Shown here piece after piece: positions 49,731 to 58,579 of a DNA stretch of 64,000 bases. Below the pieces are notes generated by a model that saw nothing but the letters and a program-made list of their open reading frames with translations, was not told where the DNA came from and searched no databases. Every line of letters starts with the position of its first letter. The first letter of the stretch is position 1. Where the stretch lies: assembly GCA_964640385.1 (NCBI GenBank), contig CAZXFL010000005.1, forward strand, positions 50,965 through 114,964, given 5' to 3'. Position numbers and translations under genes: made by a program. This stretch comes from an uncultured Actinomycetes bacterium (lineage in GTDB: Bacteria > Actinomycetota > UBA4738 > JBBDHU01).

Positions 49731-50240
49731 ATGGCGAAGCCACTCCTCGACGCGCTGGACGTGAAGATCCTGGAGCTGCTCCAGGTCGACGGGCGCATGC
49801 CCTTCACGAAGATCGCCAAGGAGGTCAGCGTGTCCGAGGCCACCGTCCGGGCACGCGTGAACCGGCTGACGCGCAGCCGGATGGTCAAGTTCGTCACCGA
49901 CATCGACCCGAACGACCTGGGGCTGGTCTACGTGTACGTCGGCGTGCGGATCCAGGGACCGGCGATGCAGCGCGCGATCGAGGTGATCAAGCAGATCCCT
50001 GAGATCATCTACATCGTCGTGTGCACCGGGACGTTCGACGCGATGTGCGAGATCGTGTGCCGCAACAACGACGACCTGATGCGGTTGCTGCAGGAGGTCC
50101 GCAAGACGCCAGGCGTCTCGCGCGTCGAGACGATGACGGTCCTGAAGATCGAGAAGGACGAGTGGCGGTACACAGCGCTTACCGTCGAGCCCGCCGAACC
50201 CCAATACCGCTACGCCAAGATCGACCCCAGGAAACGCTAG
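49731..50240 (+). CDS. Lrp/AsnC family transcriptional regulator
   Basis: LLDALDVKILELLQVDGRMPFTKIAKEVSVSEATVRARVNRL HTH plus a RAM domain. Divergent from the Rieske oxygenase gene. Confidence 0.85.
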   Translation: MAKPLLDALDVKILELLQVDGRMPFTKIAKEVSVSEATVRARVNRLTRSRMVKFVTDIDPNDLGLVYVYVGVRIQGPAMQRAIEVIKQIPEIIYIVVCTGTFDAMCEIVCRNNDDLMRLLQEVRKTPGVSRVETMTVLKIEKDEWRYTALTVEPAEPQYRYAKIDPRKR

Positions 50241-50605
50241 GGGGTGCCGAGCGAGCGGCTCGCTCGAGCATGGAGTTGAACTCATCGACGATCGACTGCT
50301 GGCGTTGGCCCCAGCCAAACCCAAAGGAGCCCAGCGTGAACCGCACCCCCAGACAGTAGATCGGACGAGGCCTCCCAACCACCCGAACCGTCACCACCCG
50401 ACAGACGGCTGGCAGATAGGTCAGGGCGGAGTCGAACCCTTCGATCTCATCCCGGCCCATTCTCTCCCGGGAGAACGGGTTCCGAAGGACAACACCATCT
50501 TCGTCTGCGTCGATGGCAGAGCGGGAAAAACTCGCCAACCACGGAGATAGGCACCGCACTCACGCCCGAACTGTAGACCGCACCCCAGTCGTGGGGCCAG
50601 CGGAG

Positions 50606-51109
50606 TTAGGTCGCGTTGACGGTCGCCTCCATGCCGGCCTGGCGGTGCCCGGCGATCGTGCACCAGACCTCGTAGGTCCCGGGCTCGAGCGTCACGACGA
50701 GCGTGGCGCGTTCGCCGGGACCCGCGTACGCGTGACCACCCTCGACCTGCGCGCCGCTCGCGTCGTGCACCGTGTAGTCGTGCCCCGCGGTCCCCTCGTT
50801 CTCGAACGTGATGGCGACCGGCCGGCCCGCCTTCACGGCCAGCGCATCCGGCTGGAACGCGAACTCGACGGCCCGGACGGTCTCGCGTTGCGCGTCTTGG
50901 GGAACGACGACCGGGGCCGATGACGACGAGCCCCCGCCGTGGTTCATCTCGCCGCCATTCATCATGCCCGACGGCATCCCGCTGGGCATCCCGCCGGGCA
51001 TCAGGCCACCCGGCATCTGGCCACCGGACGGACCCGCACCGCCGTTCGTGCACGCCCATGCACCCAGGCCCAAGACCAGTACGGCCGCGATCGAGAACGC
51101 CTTCAGCAT
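50606..51109 (-). CDS. Cupredoxin-like copper-binding lipoprotein with Met-rich N-terminal segment
   Basis: Lipobox (AWAC). Met-rich segment (MPGGLMPGGMPSGMPSGMMNGGEMNHGG). Type-1 Cu ligand pattern (H...C..H....M) in GHDYTVHD...YEVWCTIAGHRQAGM. Confidence 0.65.
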   Translation of the reverse strand: MLKAFSIAAVLVLGLGAWACTNGGAGPSGGQMPGGLMPGGMPSGMPSGMMNGGEMNHGGGSSSSAPVVVPQDAQRETVRAVEFAFQPDALAVKAGRPVAITFENEGTAGHDYTVHDASGAQVEGGHAYAGPGERATLVVTLEPGTYEVWCTIAGHRQAGMEATVNAT

Positions 51110-51237
51110 CTATCCACCTCCTCGGGGAGACTAGCGGCGCTGGACGGGAGGTTGATGGGGTCGGGAGTCCCGGTATCTGCGGGCCCACGCCTTCCCTTGC
51201 CGCACCGGAACCCATCACGCAAGATGGGGGCGATCCC

Positions 51238-52509
51238 ATGACACAGCGTTTCGACCGGCGTGCGTTCCTCAGGGCTTCTGCGGCGACTGCCGCGGGACTG
51301 GCGCTGCCGAGCGCGCTGCTCGCGGCCTGCACGAAGGCGGCAACCACGTCCGGGGGTGGGCCCGTCGCGCCGGACGCGACCGGCGGAAGCGGCATCGCCT
51401 GGCCGATCGACGAGGACCACCTGCCTGTCCCGAGCGGCCTGGAACCCGAGCAGGACGCGACGCTGCGGATCTACCAGTACCGCGACTACCTCTCGAAGCG
51501 GGTGCTCGACGCCTTCGAACGCAAGTACCGCCAGCACGGGGTTCGCATCGAGACCGAGAGCTTCCGATACGTCCAGGAGGCGATCGACACGCTGACGCGT
51601 GACGGCTCCGACTTCGACGTGTTCTTCCCGACCATCGACACGCTCGGGCGGCTCGCATCCACGAACGTGCTGGCCCCGCTTAACCACGACTACCTGCCGA
51701 ACATCAAGAACCTCTGGCCGCGGCTCCAGCCGCCGAACGGCCCCGCGTACGACGTCGGCCTGCGCTACTCGACCCCGTACACCGTCTACACGACCGGCAT
51801 CGGCTGGCGCAGCGACCTGGTGCCGGCGTCACATGCGCCCGACCGGCTGGACAACCCCTACGACGTGTTCTGGGATCCGGCGCTTCGCGGGAAGGTCGGC
51901 CTCTACGACGACTACCGCGAGGCCCTCGCGATGGCACTCCTCCACGACGGCTTCACCGATGTGAACACCGCGGACCGCGCGGCGCTGGACAGTGCCGCGG
52001 CGGACCTGATGAGCATGGGCGACGTCACCGCACCAACAGCCACCTACGAAGGCGCGTACGAAGGGCTCCCCGAGGGCGAGTTCGCCGTCCATCAGGCCTG
52101 GTCCGGCGACATGATCTACGGAGCCTTCTACGCGAAGGAAGATGGGGACGACTTCAAGCACCTGCGCTACTGGTGGCCCGGGGACGGCCGGGGGGTGATC
52201 GGCGTCGACCTCATGGCGGTACCCACGCAGGGGAAGAACCCAGTCCTGGCCCACCTGTTCCTGAACCACCTCTTGGACTACGAGGTCGCGATGGACAACT
52301 TCAGCTGGAACGGATATCAGCCGCCGCTCGAAGGAACGGCGCCCCAGGACTTCGCCGGGTCGAGGTGGAGCAAGCTCGTTCCGCCGGCGTTGACGAACAC
52401 CCTCGCACGGCCGCAGGACCTGGAGACAGGCTCGATGCTCCTCGGGCTGGACCCCTCCACCGATCAGATGTGGAAGGAAGCCTGGGAGCGGAAGGTGCCG
52501 GCCGGCTAG
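51238..52509 (+). CDS. Polyamine-type ABC substrate-binding protein (PotD/PotF family), Tat-lipoprotein, no adjacent permease/ATPase
   Basis: Starts at Met107 of ORF 50920.. (MTQRFDRRAFLRASAATAAGLALPSALLAAC, Tat RRxFL + lipobox). SBP_bac_1 fold. 423 aa. Confidence 0.75.
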   Translation: MTQRFDRRAFLRASAATAAGLALPSALLAACTKAATTSGGGPVAPDATGGSGIAWPIDEDHLPVPSGLEPEQDATLRIYQYRDYLSKRVLDAFERKYRQHGVRIETESFRYVQEAIDTLTRDGSDFDVFFPTIDTLGRLASTNVLAPLNHDYLPNIKNLWPRLQPPNGPAYDVGLRYSTPYTVYTTGIGWRSDLVPASHAPDRLDNPYDVFWDPALRGKVGLYDDYREALAMALLHDGFTDVNTADRAALDSAAADLMSMGDVTAPTATYEGAYEGLPEGEFAVHQAWSGDMIYGAFYAKEDGDDFKHLRYWWPGDGRGVIGVDLMAVPTQGKNPVLAHLFLNHLLDYEVAMDNFSWNGYQPPLEGTAPQDFAGSRWSKLVPPALTNTLARPQDLETGSMLLGLDPSTDQMWKEAWERKVPAG

Positions 52510-53030
52510 ACCGCGGCTGCCGACTCTTTTGCGTTGGCAGGAGACCACGATTCCGAGTCGTCGAACCCGACCCACGACAGGGCCGGCTCTCCGTTCTCCG
52601 CGTCCACCGACACGATCGCCAGGTTCTTGTCGGTGCACGCCTCGCCGACCGACCCCGACCGGGCGGGCGATACCAGGTCGCCCTTGGCGCTCGGGTAGCA
52701 CTGGTTGCGGGCGATGAACACCCAGTCGGGCCGCGCGTCGGCACCCGAGTAGGTGTCGTTCACGACCGCGAGCGTCCGATGGACGCGGCCCTGGAGCGGC
52801 TCGTCCCAGGCGATCTTGTACGCATCCTCGGGGGTGATCTTCGGCCGGAACCCCTCCGGCGAGGGCTGCAGCTCGAGCGTCAGCGTTCCGGGCACCATCT
52901 CCTGCGCGGTCTGCCGGTACTCGCCATAGGTCGGACCTCGCCCGAACAGCACCCACGCCCAGGCCGCGACGCCCGCGACCAGCAGGGCAATGACCGCGAT
53001 GACGGTGTGGGACGGCTGGCGCAGCTGCAC
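52506..53030 (-). CDS. Hypothetical membrane-anchored protein
   Basis: 174 aa with an N-terminal TM helix and no recognisable motifs. Converges on the SBP gene with a 4-nt overlap. Confidence 0.4.
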   Translation of the reverse strand: MQLRQPSHTVIAVIALLVAGVAAWAWVLFGRGPTYGEYRQTAQEMVPGTLTLELQPSPEGFRPKITPEDAYKIAWDEPLQGRVHRTLAVVNDTYSGADARPDWVFIARNQCYPSAKGDLVSPARSGSVGEACTDKNLAIVSVDAENGEPALSWVGFDDSESWSPANAKESAAAV

Positions 53031-53173
53031 GGCCCCACTCTGCGGTACCCACCCCGGTCCGGCAACCGAAGGGGCGTCAGGCCTGCGGGAGCCGGGACCT
53101 CGGAGTGGACGCAGACCGGCCCCGGGGTCCTACACTGAGCCCCGCATCAGCCGATCCCGGAGGACGAACCCAG

Positions 53174-54352
53174 ATGGACCTGCGCCTGTCAGCCGAAGAC
53201 CGCGAACTCCAAGGCCGCGCCCGCGAGTTCACGGAGAAGTACCTGTTCCCGTACGAGCAGGAGACCGAGGACGCGCACGGCAAGATCTCGGACGAGAGCC
53301 GCGCGACGATCCGCGCCGCGGTCCTGGAATACGAACTCAACGCGATCAACCACACGAAGGAGGACGGGGGCCAGGGCCTGACGACGTTCCAGCAGATGCT
53401 GGTCGAGGAGGAACTCGGGAAGGCGACGAACTGCCTGTGGGCGATCGTGTGGCACCCGTCGAACGTGCTGGCGTTCGCGACCGAGCCACAGAAGGACGAG
53501 TACCTGCGGCCGGCGTGCCGCGGCGAACGAGAGGATTGCTACGCGATCACCGAGGAGGGCGCAGGTTCGGACCCTTCGATGGTCGAGACGACCGCACGCA
53601 AGGACGGTGACGGCTGGGTGATCAACGGCACGAAGTGGCACGTGACCGCCGGCGACACCTCGGACATCATCCTGGTCCACGCCCACGTCGACGGCGATCC
53701 CGACAAAGCAACCGTGTTCATCGTCGACAAGGACCTGCCGGGGATCGAGATGGTGCGATCCCCCAAGTACACGCACACCTCCTACTTCGAGCACCCCATC
53801 TACGCGTTCAGGGACGTGCGCGTCGGCGACGATAAGGTCCTCGGCGGCGTCGGCCAGGGGTATGACCTGACCAAGGACTGGTTCGTCGAGGAGCGGTTGA
53901 TGATCGGTGCGCGGACCGTCGGCGCCTCCCAACGCGCGCTCGATCTCTCACTCGACTTCGCCAAGGAACGCGTGCAGTTCGGCGAGCCGATCATCGAGTT
54001 CCAAGCGATCGAGTTCATGCTCGCGGACATGGCCGCCGAGATCATGGCGGCCAAGGCGTTGCTCTACCGGGTCGGCTGGGAATCCTCGCAGCCCGACATC
54101 CCGCGCAAGCAGATCCACGCGATGGCCTCGGCGGTCAAGCTGATCTGTTCCGAGACGGCGAACCGGGTCGCCGACAAGGCGGTGCAGATCTTCGGCGGTC
54201 GCGGCTACATGCGCGAGCAGCCGGTGGAACGCCTCTGGCGGGAACTGCGCGTCGACCGCATCTGGGAAGGGACCAGCGAGATCCAACGCCTGGTCATCGG
54301 GAACGAGTTGCGCAAGCGCGGGTCCGGCGTGTACACCGACTGGCCGGCGTAG
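53174..54352 (+). CDS. Acyl-CoA dehydrogenase family protein
   Basis: Starts at Met24 (MDLRLSAEDRELQ) with a GGAGGA RBS. ACAD N/M/C domains (catalytic Glu region ...IWEGTSEIQRLVIG). Confidence 0.85.
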   Translation: MDLRLSAEDRELQGRAREFTEKYLFPYEQETEDAHGKISDESRATIRAAVLEYELNAINHTKEDGGQGLTTFQQMLVEEELGKATNCLWAIVWHPSNVLAFATEPQKDEYLRPACRGEREDCYAITEEGAGSDPSMVETTARKDGDGWVINGTKWHVTAGDTSDIILVHAHVDGDPDKATVFIVDKDLPGIEMVRSPKYTHTSYFEHPIYAFRDVRVGDDKVLGGVGQGYDLTKDWFVEERLMIGARTVGASQRALDLSLDFAKERVQFGEPIIEFQAIEFMLADMAAEIMAAKALLYRVGWESSQPDIPRKQIHAMASAVKLICSETANRVADKAVQIFGGRGYMREQPVERLWRELRVDRIWEGTSEIQRLVIGNELRKRGSGVYTDWPA

Positions 54353-54403
54353 CGGTCGCGATTGCCCCGCGGGTCACGCGACCGGATCCCGGCGGCGGGG
54401 CGG

Positions 54404-55918
54404 CTACCCCTCGTCCCAGAGGACGTGCGCGCGCTCGGCCGCCTCGTGCAGAACCGCACTGTCGAACGGCACCTGGGTCAGCGAGATCCCCTCCGAGGGC
54501 CATTCGCAGAAGAAGTTCGCCTCGCCCCCGGGCGGCAGCGGCCAGATCCAGTACTGCACGTCGACGCGCCAGCCGGTCCCTTCGGCTCCGAGCGAAATCA
54601 TGCTGGGCGTCGGCGGGCGGCGCGTCGGCATGTCACGGAACGAAAGGTTGTCCACGCGCGCCCCGTCCGGGAATTCGACGCCGACCCGGAGGGCTCGCGG
54701 GGACAGTTCCGGGATACCCGAGCCGGACCAGCGGTGCTGCCAGCTGACTGCCTCGAACCACTTGTCCGCGCGCGGCGCGCCCTTGCGCCGCAGCGTTACC
54801 GTCATGCCGAAGCCGTTCGGGTACGCGATGACGTCCGAGATCGCGACGAACACACCGGTGTCGGTGACGGCCAAGACCGTCCCGAGGTCGACCGGCGTGC
54901 CGATCACCGAGTCCTCTGGACCCTTCCACGGTTCGGCGGGACCGACGGACGATTCCCCGTACCAGGTCCGTGAGGTGACCGGGAGTTCCTGATCGGCCTC
55001 GGCTTGCTCGCGCGTCCCCATGTTCGCGCGGAGCGCGCGCTCGATGTCGGAGGCCATCGCGACGACCGGCTCGACCTGGCGGTTCGTCATGACCCGGATG
55101 TCGTCGATCGCGTGGTTGTCCGTGGGGTTGGACATCGCGAGCAGCAGCTTGCCGCCGCGTTCGCCGATCGCGATCACATGGTGCCGCCACGCCGCCGCCG
55201 GCGGGATCAGTTGCACGGCCCAGGGCTCGACCGGGAACTGGTTCAGGTCGATGAAGTCCATGCCGATCTGGGTGGCGAGCGCGCGAACCAGGTCGCGTTC
55301 CTCGATGAGACCGAGGTCGATCAGCGCGCGGCCGAGCAGCTTGTCGCGTGCGCCCTCGAGGGCATCCTCGAGTTGGGCTTGGTCGACGGAGCCCTGCTCC
55401 ACCAGGATCGAGCCGATCTCCTTGCCCGGCGTCTTCTTCGCCGTGCCGTCTTCTTCCTTCTCGGTCGCCTTGAGCTGCTGCATCACCGCGGGTCGGACCG
55501 CTTCGGGGTCGACCCCCAGCTTCTCGAGGAGCATCACCGCGCCGCTCTCGCGCTCACCGAGGATCGCGAAGGCCAGGTGTTCGGCACCGACGGTCTGCTG
55601 GCCCAGGGCTGCGGCCTCTTCGGCGGCCTGATCGAGCGCCGCCTTCGCCTCGAGGTCGAACGGGATCGCGTCGACGGTCGCCTCGCCTGTCCCTAGCGTG
55701 TCCTCGATCTGGGCGGTGACGGCCTCGTCGGTAACGCCGAGTTCCGCGAACGCGGCCTTCGCCGGAGACTTCTCGCGCACGAGCCCGAGCAGAAGGTGCT
55801 CGGTGCCGATGTGGTCATGCCCGAACCCGCGCGCGGCCTCCTGAGCAGCCACGACGGAGCGTTTGGCCTGGTACTTGTAGTTGTCCAGCATCGCCCGAGC
55901 ACGATATCGGGTTTCCAC
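54404..55918 (-). CDS. Clp_N repeat (x2) + T2SSE_N/MshEN domain + C-terminal uncharacterised domain protein
   Basis: Two Clp N-domain repeats (HIGTEHLLLGL; VGAEHLAFAIL) are followed by ILVEQGSVDQAQLEDALEGARDKLLGRALIDLGLIEERDLVRALATQIGMDFIDL..., which matches the GspE-N/MshEN fold, then about 200 aa with no assignment. The start is either GTG at 55918 or ATG at 55891. Confidence 0.65.
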   Translation of the reverse strand: METRYRARAMLDNYKYQAKRSVVAAQEAARGFGHDHIGTEHLLLGLVREKSPAKAAFAELGVTDEAVTAQIEDTLGTGEATVDAIPFDLEAKAALDQAAEEAAALGQQTVGAEHLAFAILGERESGAVMLLEKLGVDPEAVRPAVMQQLKATEKEEDGTAKKTPGKEIGSILVEQGSVDQAQLEDALEGARDKLLGRALIDLGLIEERDLVRALATQIGMDFIDLNQFPVEPWAVQLIPPAAAWRHHVIAIGERGGKLLLAMSNPTDNHAIDDIRVMTNRQVEPVVAMASDIERALRANMGTREQAEADQELPVTSRTWYGESSVGPAEPWKGPEDSVIGTPVDLGTVLAVTDTGVFVAISDVIAYPNGFGMTVTLRRKGAPRADKWFEAVSWQHRWSGSGIPELSPRALRVGVEFPDGARVDNLSFRDMPTRRPPTPSMISLGAEGTGWRVDVQYWIWPLPPGGEANFFCEWPSEGISLTQVPFDSAVLHEAAERAHVLWDEG

Positions 55919-56112
55919 AGCCCGGGGCTACCGGCCGTTCGGGGGATAACTCAGCAGATCAGGCTGATGATGGTCATCATCGGCGCGTAGAGCACCAGGA
56001 ACACGAGCAGCAGCGTGAGGAGAGCACCGACGGTAGCCGATATCTGGGCGACGCGCCGCCCTCGGACCTGAGGGGCGGAGCTGGCGAGACGGCTGCGGAC
56101 CTCGTTCGGCGG

Positions 56113-58203
56113 CTAGGTCGAGCGGGGCACCACCAACGCATCCACCGCAACGCAACCCTTGGGTGAAGCGATCACCGGGTTTACGTCCAGTTCCTGGATC
56201 AAGTCCCCGAGGTCGAAGGCCAACGCCGACAACGCGACGATCGCCTGCACGACCGAGTCGACGTCCGAGGGATCCGCCCCGCGAACGCCGTCCAGGATCG
56301 GCCGCGACTGAAGCCCGTCCAGGAGCCTGCGAGCGCGCACCTCGTCCAGCGGCGGCAGCGCGAGTCGCCGGTCCTTCAAAAGCTCCACCAGGATGCCGCC
56401 GGCCGCGACCAGCACCATCGGTCCGAACTGCGCGTCGTGGACGATGCCGAGCGCAAGTTCGACGCCCTTCTCGGCCATCGGCGCGACGACCGCCTCGGGC
56501 CCGAGCCGGTCGGCAAGGTCCTCGTAGGCGACGGACGCCGCGTCCGCATCGGCCAGCCCGAGCTTCACGCCACCGGCGTCGGACTTGTGCAGCACACCCG
56601 CGGCCGCCGTCTTAATCGCGACCGGGTAACCAGCCTTCTCGGCCGCCGCTAGCGCCTCCTCCAGGGACGACGCCAGCTCGGTCGGGATCACCGGCACCCC
56701 GTAGTCGGCTAGCAAGGCCAAGCCCGCGTGCTCCGTCAGCGGCTCGGCGCTCGACAAGCGGTCGCGCCAGCGTTCCCGCACCTCGTTCGAAGGCAGCGAC
56801 GGCTCCGCCACGGGCGGGAGCGCGCGGAAATCCCGGTACTCGAACAGGTGCCGGAACGCATCGAGCCCGGTGTTCGTCCCCTCGAGGACCGGGATGCCCT
56901 GGTCGCGCATCCGCTTCGCATCGGGCGGATGGATCGTGCTCGACATGTTCGAGAGCATCGCGAACGGCTTCGTCGAACCGGGGAAGATCTGCTCGGCCAT
57001 CCACGTGAAGTCCTCTTCGTTCCCGTGGTCATACGTCATGTCCACGGCGAACGCCACGGCGGCCGTGTCGGGATCGTCGTTCAGCGCTTGGAGGCAGTCG
57101 ATGAAGATCTGCTCGGCGTCGTTCCCTGTTCCCCATGCGTCGAGCGGGTTCACCGGCGGCAACCCGTCCTCCAGGGTGTCCTCGAGCTTCTTCGTCGTTT
57201 CGGCGTTGATCCGGGCGAACTCAACGCCGGCCTCGGCGGCCGCATCGATGAACATCGCCCGCTCACCGCCCGAATCGTGGATCGACGCGAGCCCGCCCGG
57301 CCCCGCACGACGGTCGTTGCGCGTGAACAGCTCCAGCGTGTCGCACATCCGCTCGAGGTTCTCGACCCGGAGCACGCCGTAGCGCGCGAACAGCGCCTCG
57401 TAGGCGCCGTCCTCGCCCGCGAGCGCGCCCGAGTGCGCGGTCACCATCTCCCGCGCCTTGGCCTCGCGGCCGACCTTCAGGGCGACCACCGGCACGTCCT
57501 TCTCGGCCGCTCGCCGCAAGGCCTCGACGAACGAGTCGGGGTCGCGGATCGTTTCGATGAACAGGCCGATCGCCTTCGTGGTGCCTTGATCCAACGCGTA
57601 ATGCATGTACTCGGCGGTCGTCGTCGCGATCTCCTGGCCGGCCGACACGATGACGTTGAACCGCAGTTCGCGATCGTTGAACGCCATCGCGGAGAACACC
57701 GAGCCGGAGTGGGAGATGAACGAGATCGGCCCGGGCTCCAGATCCGGTTCGACGAACCCGCACACCCGCAGCTTGCGATCGACGTTGAGGAAGCCCATGC
57801 AGTTGCCGCCGCAGACGGCGAGACCGGCGCCACGAGCCCTCTCCGTCAGCCGCTGCAGTAGCGTCGGCTCGCCCGGGGACGTGGTCGTGAAGCAGCTGGC
57901 GAAGATCGCCGCCGACTTCGCGCCGGTCTCGATCGCCAGGTCGAGCTGGCCCTCGATCAGGTGGTTGCCGATGCCGAGAACCGCGATGTCCACGGGCTCG
58001 GGGACCTCGGCGAGCGACGGGTAGGCCTTGAGTCCGAGGATCTCGTCGTACTTCGGGTTCACCGGGTAGACGCGCCCTTCGTATCCGCTCCGAAGGGCCT
58101 CGAGCACCATCATCTCGCCGAAGGAATCCTTCTTGGGGCTCGCGCCGACGATGGCCATCGAGTTCGCTTCGAGCATCGTGCGAACGGCGTCTCTGGTGCT
58201 CAC
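56113..58203 (-). CDS. Acyl-CoA synthetase (NDP-forming), fused alpha/beta (CoA-binding + succinyl-CoA-synthetase-like + ATP-grasp)
   Basis: 696 aa. CoA-binding N-terminus (SMAIVGASPKKDSFG) and an ATP-grasp C-terminal half. Confidence 0.75.
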   Translation of the reverse strand: MSTRDAVRTMLEANSMAIVGASPKKDSFGEMMVLEALRSGYEGRVYPVNPKYDEILGLKAYPSLAEVPEPVDIAVLGIGNHLIEGQLDLAIETGAKSAAIFASCFTTTSPGEPTLLQRLTERARGAGLAVCGGNCMGFLNVDRKLRVCGFVEPDLEPGPISFISHSGSVFSAMAFNDRELRFNVIVSAGQEIATTTAEYMHYALDQGTTKAIGLFIETIRDPDSFVEALRRAAEKDVPVVALKVGREAKAREMVTAHSGALAGEDGAYEALFARYGVLRVENLERMCDTLELFTRNDRRAGPGGLASIHDSGGERAMFIDAAAEAGVEFARINAETTKKLEDTLEDGLPPVNPLDAWGTGNDAEQIFIDCLQALNDDPDTAAVAFAVDMTYDHGNEEDFTWMAEQIFPGSTKPFAMLSNMSSTIHPPDAKRMRDQGIPVLEGTNTGLDAFRHLFEYRDFRALPPVAEPSLPSNEVRERWRDRLSSAEPLTEHAGLALLADYGVPVIPTELASSLEEALAAAEKAGYPVAIKTAAAGVLHKSDAGGVKLGLADADAASVAYEDLADRLGPEAVVAPMAEKGVELALGIVHDAQFGPMVLVAAGGILVELLKDRRLALPPLDEVRARRLLDGLQSRPILDGVRGADPSDVDSVVQAIVALSALAFDLGDLIQELDVNPVIASPKGCVAVDALVVPRST

Positions 58204-58499
58204 GTCCTTACGCTCCCTGTCGATTGACCGGCCACTCAGGGCAGGTGCCGGTCATCATACGAGCCGCCGCGGACCTCTGGGCGTGCCTGCGATCGGCGCC
58301 AGCGCCGATGTCCGACACCCGACACGTCCGGTGTCGCCCAGGTGACGAACCCGGAGCCGCGCGGCGCCGAAGATACAGACATGGAAGCACCCGAGTACCA
58401 CCCCGGAAGGGCCCCGACCGCGATGACCGTGGAAGGGCCCCACCGGCAGGACTGAGGAACCCGTCCGACGAGACCGAGACGGGAACCGAAGACCAGGAG

Positions 58500-58531
58500 A
58501 ACCGAGGCAGCGCTCCCGCCGCCTCGGTTCT
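58500..58531. terminator. Hairpin GAACCGAGGC-(12 nt)-GCCTCGGTTC downstream of the CrtI-like gene pair
   Basis: 10-bp perfect stem about 50 nt after the stop of the minus-strand CDS 58580... There is T-rich flanking sequence on both sides, so it could act bidirectionally. Confidence 0.4.
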
Positions 58532-58579
58532 TCGCTTTCCGGGATTTCCGCCGCGGGCTCGACCGGACCGCGGATCGCC

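Noticed and set aside
50400-50480. tRNA-like T-loop sequence (GGGTTCGACTCC on minus strand) in the 365-bp convergent gap after the Lrp gene
   Set aside because: The flanking bases do not form a T-stem, acceptor stem or anticodon arm. It is probably chance or a highly degraded remnant, so no tRNA is called.
50179-50559. 126-aa minus-strand ORF overlapping the 3' end of the Lrp gene (weak resemblance to bacterial PH-like domain)
   Set aside because: It overlaps a well-supported gene, has no RBS-supported start outside the overlap, and its composition is typical of a GC shadow frame. It may be a decayed fragment at most.
55928-56155. Small ORF and hydrophobic peptide-like frame downstream of the acyl-CoA synthetase gene
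   Set aside because: There is no in-frame ATG/GTG start with an RBS before the hydrophobic stretch. It is probably untranslated 3' region.
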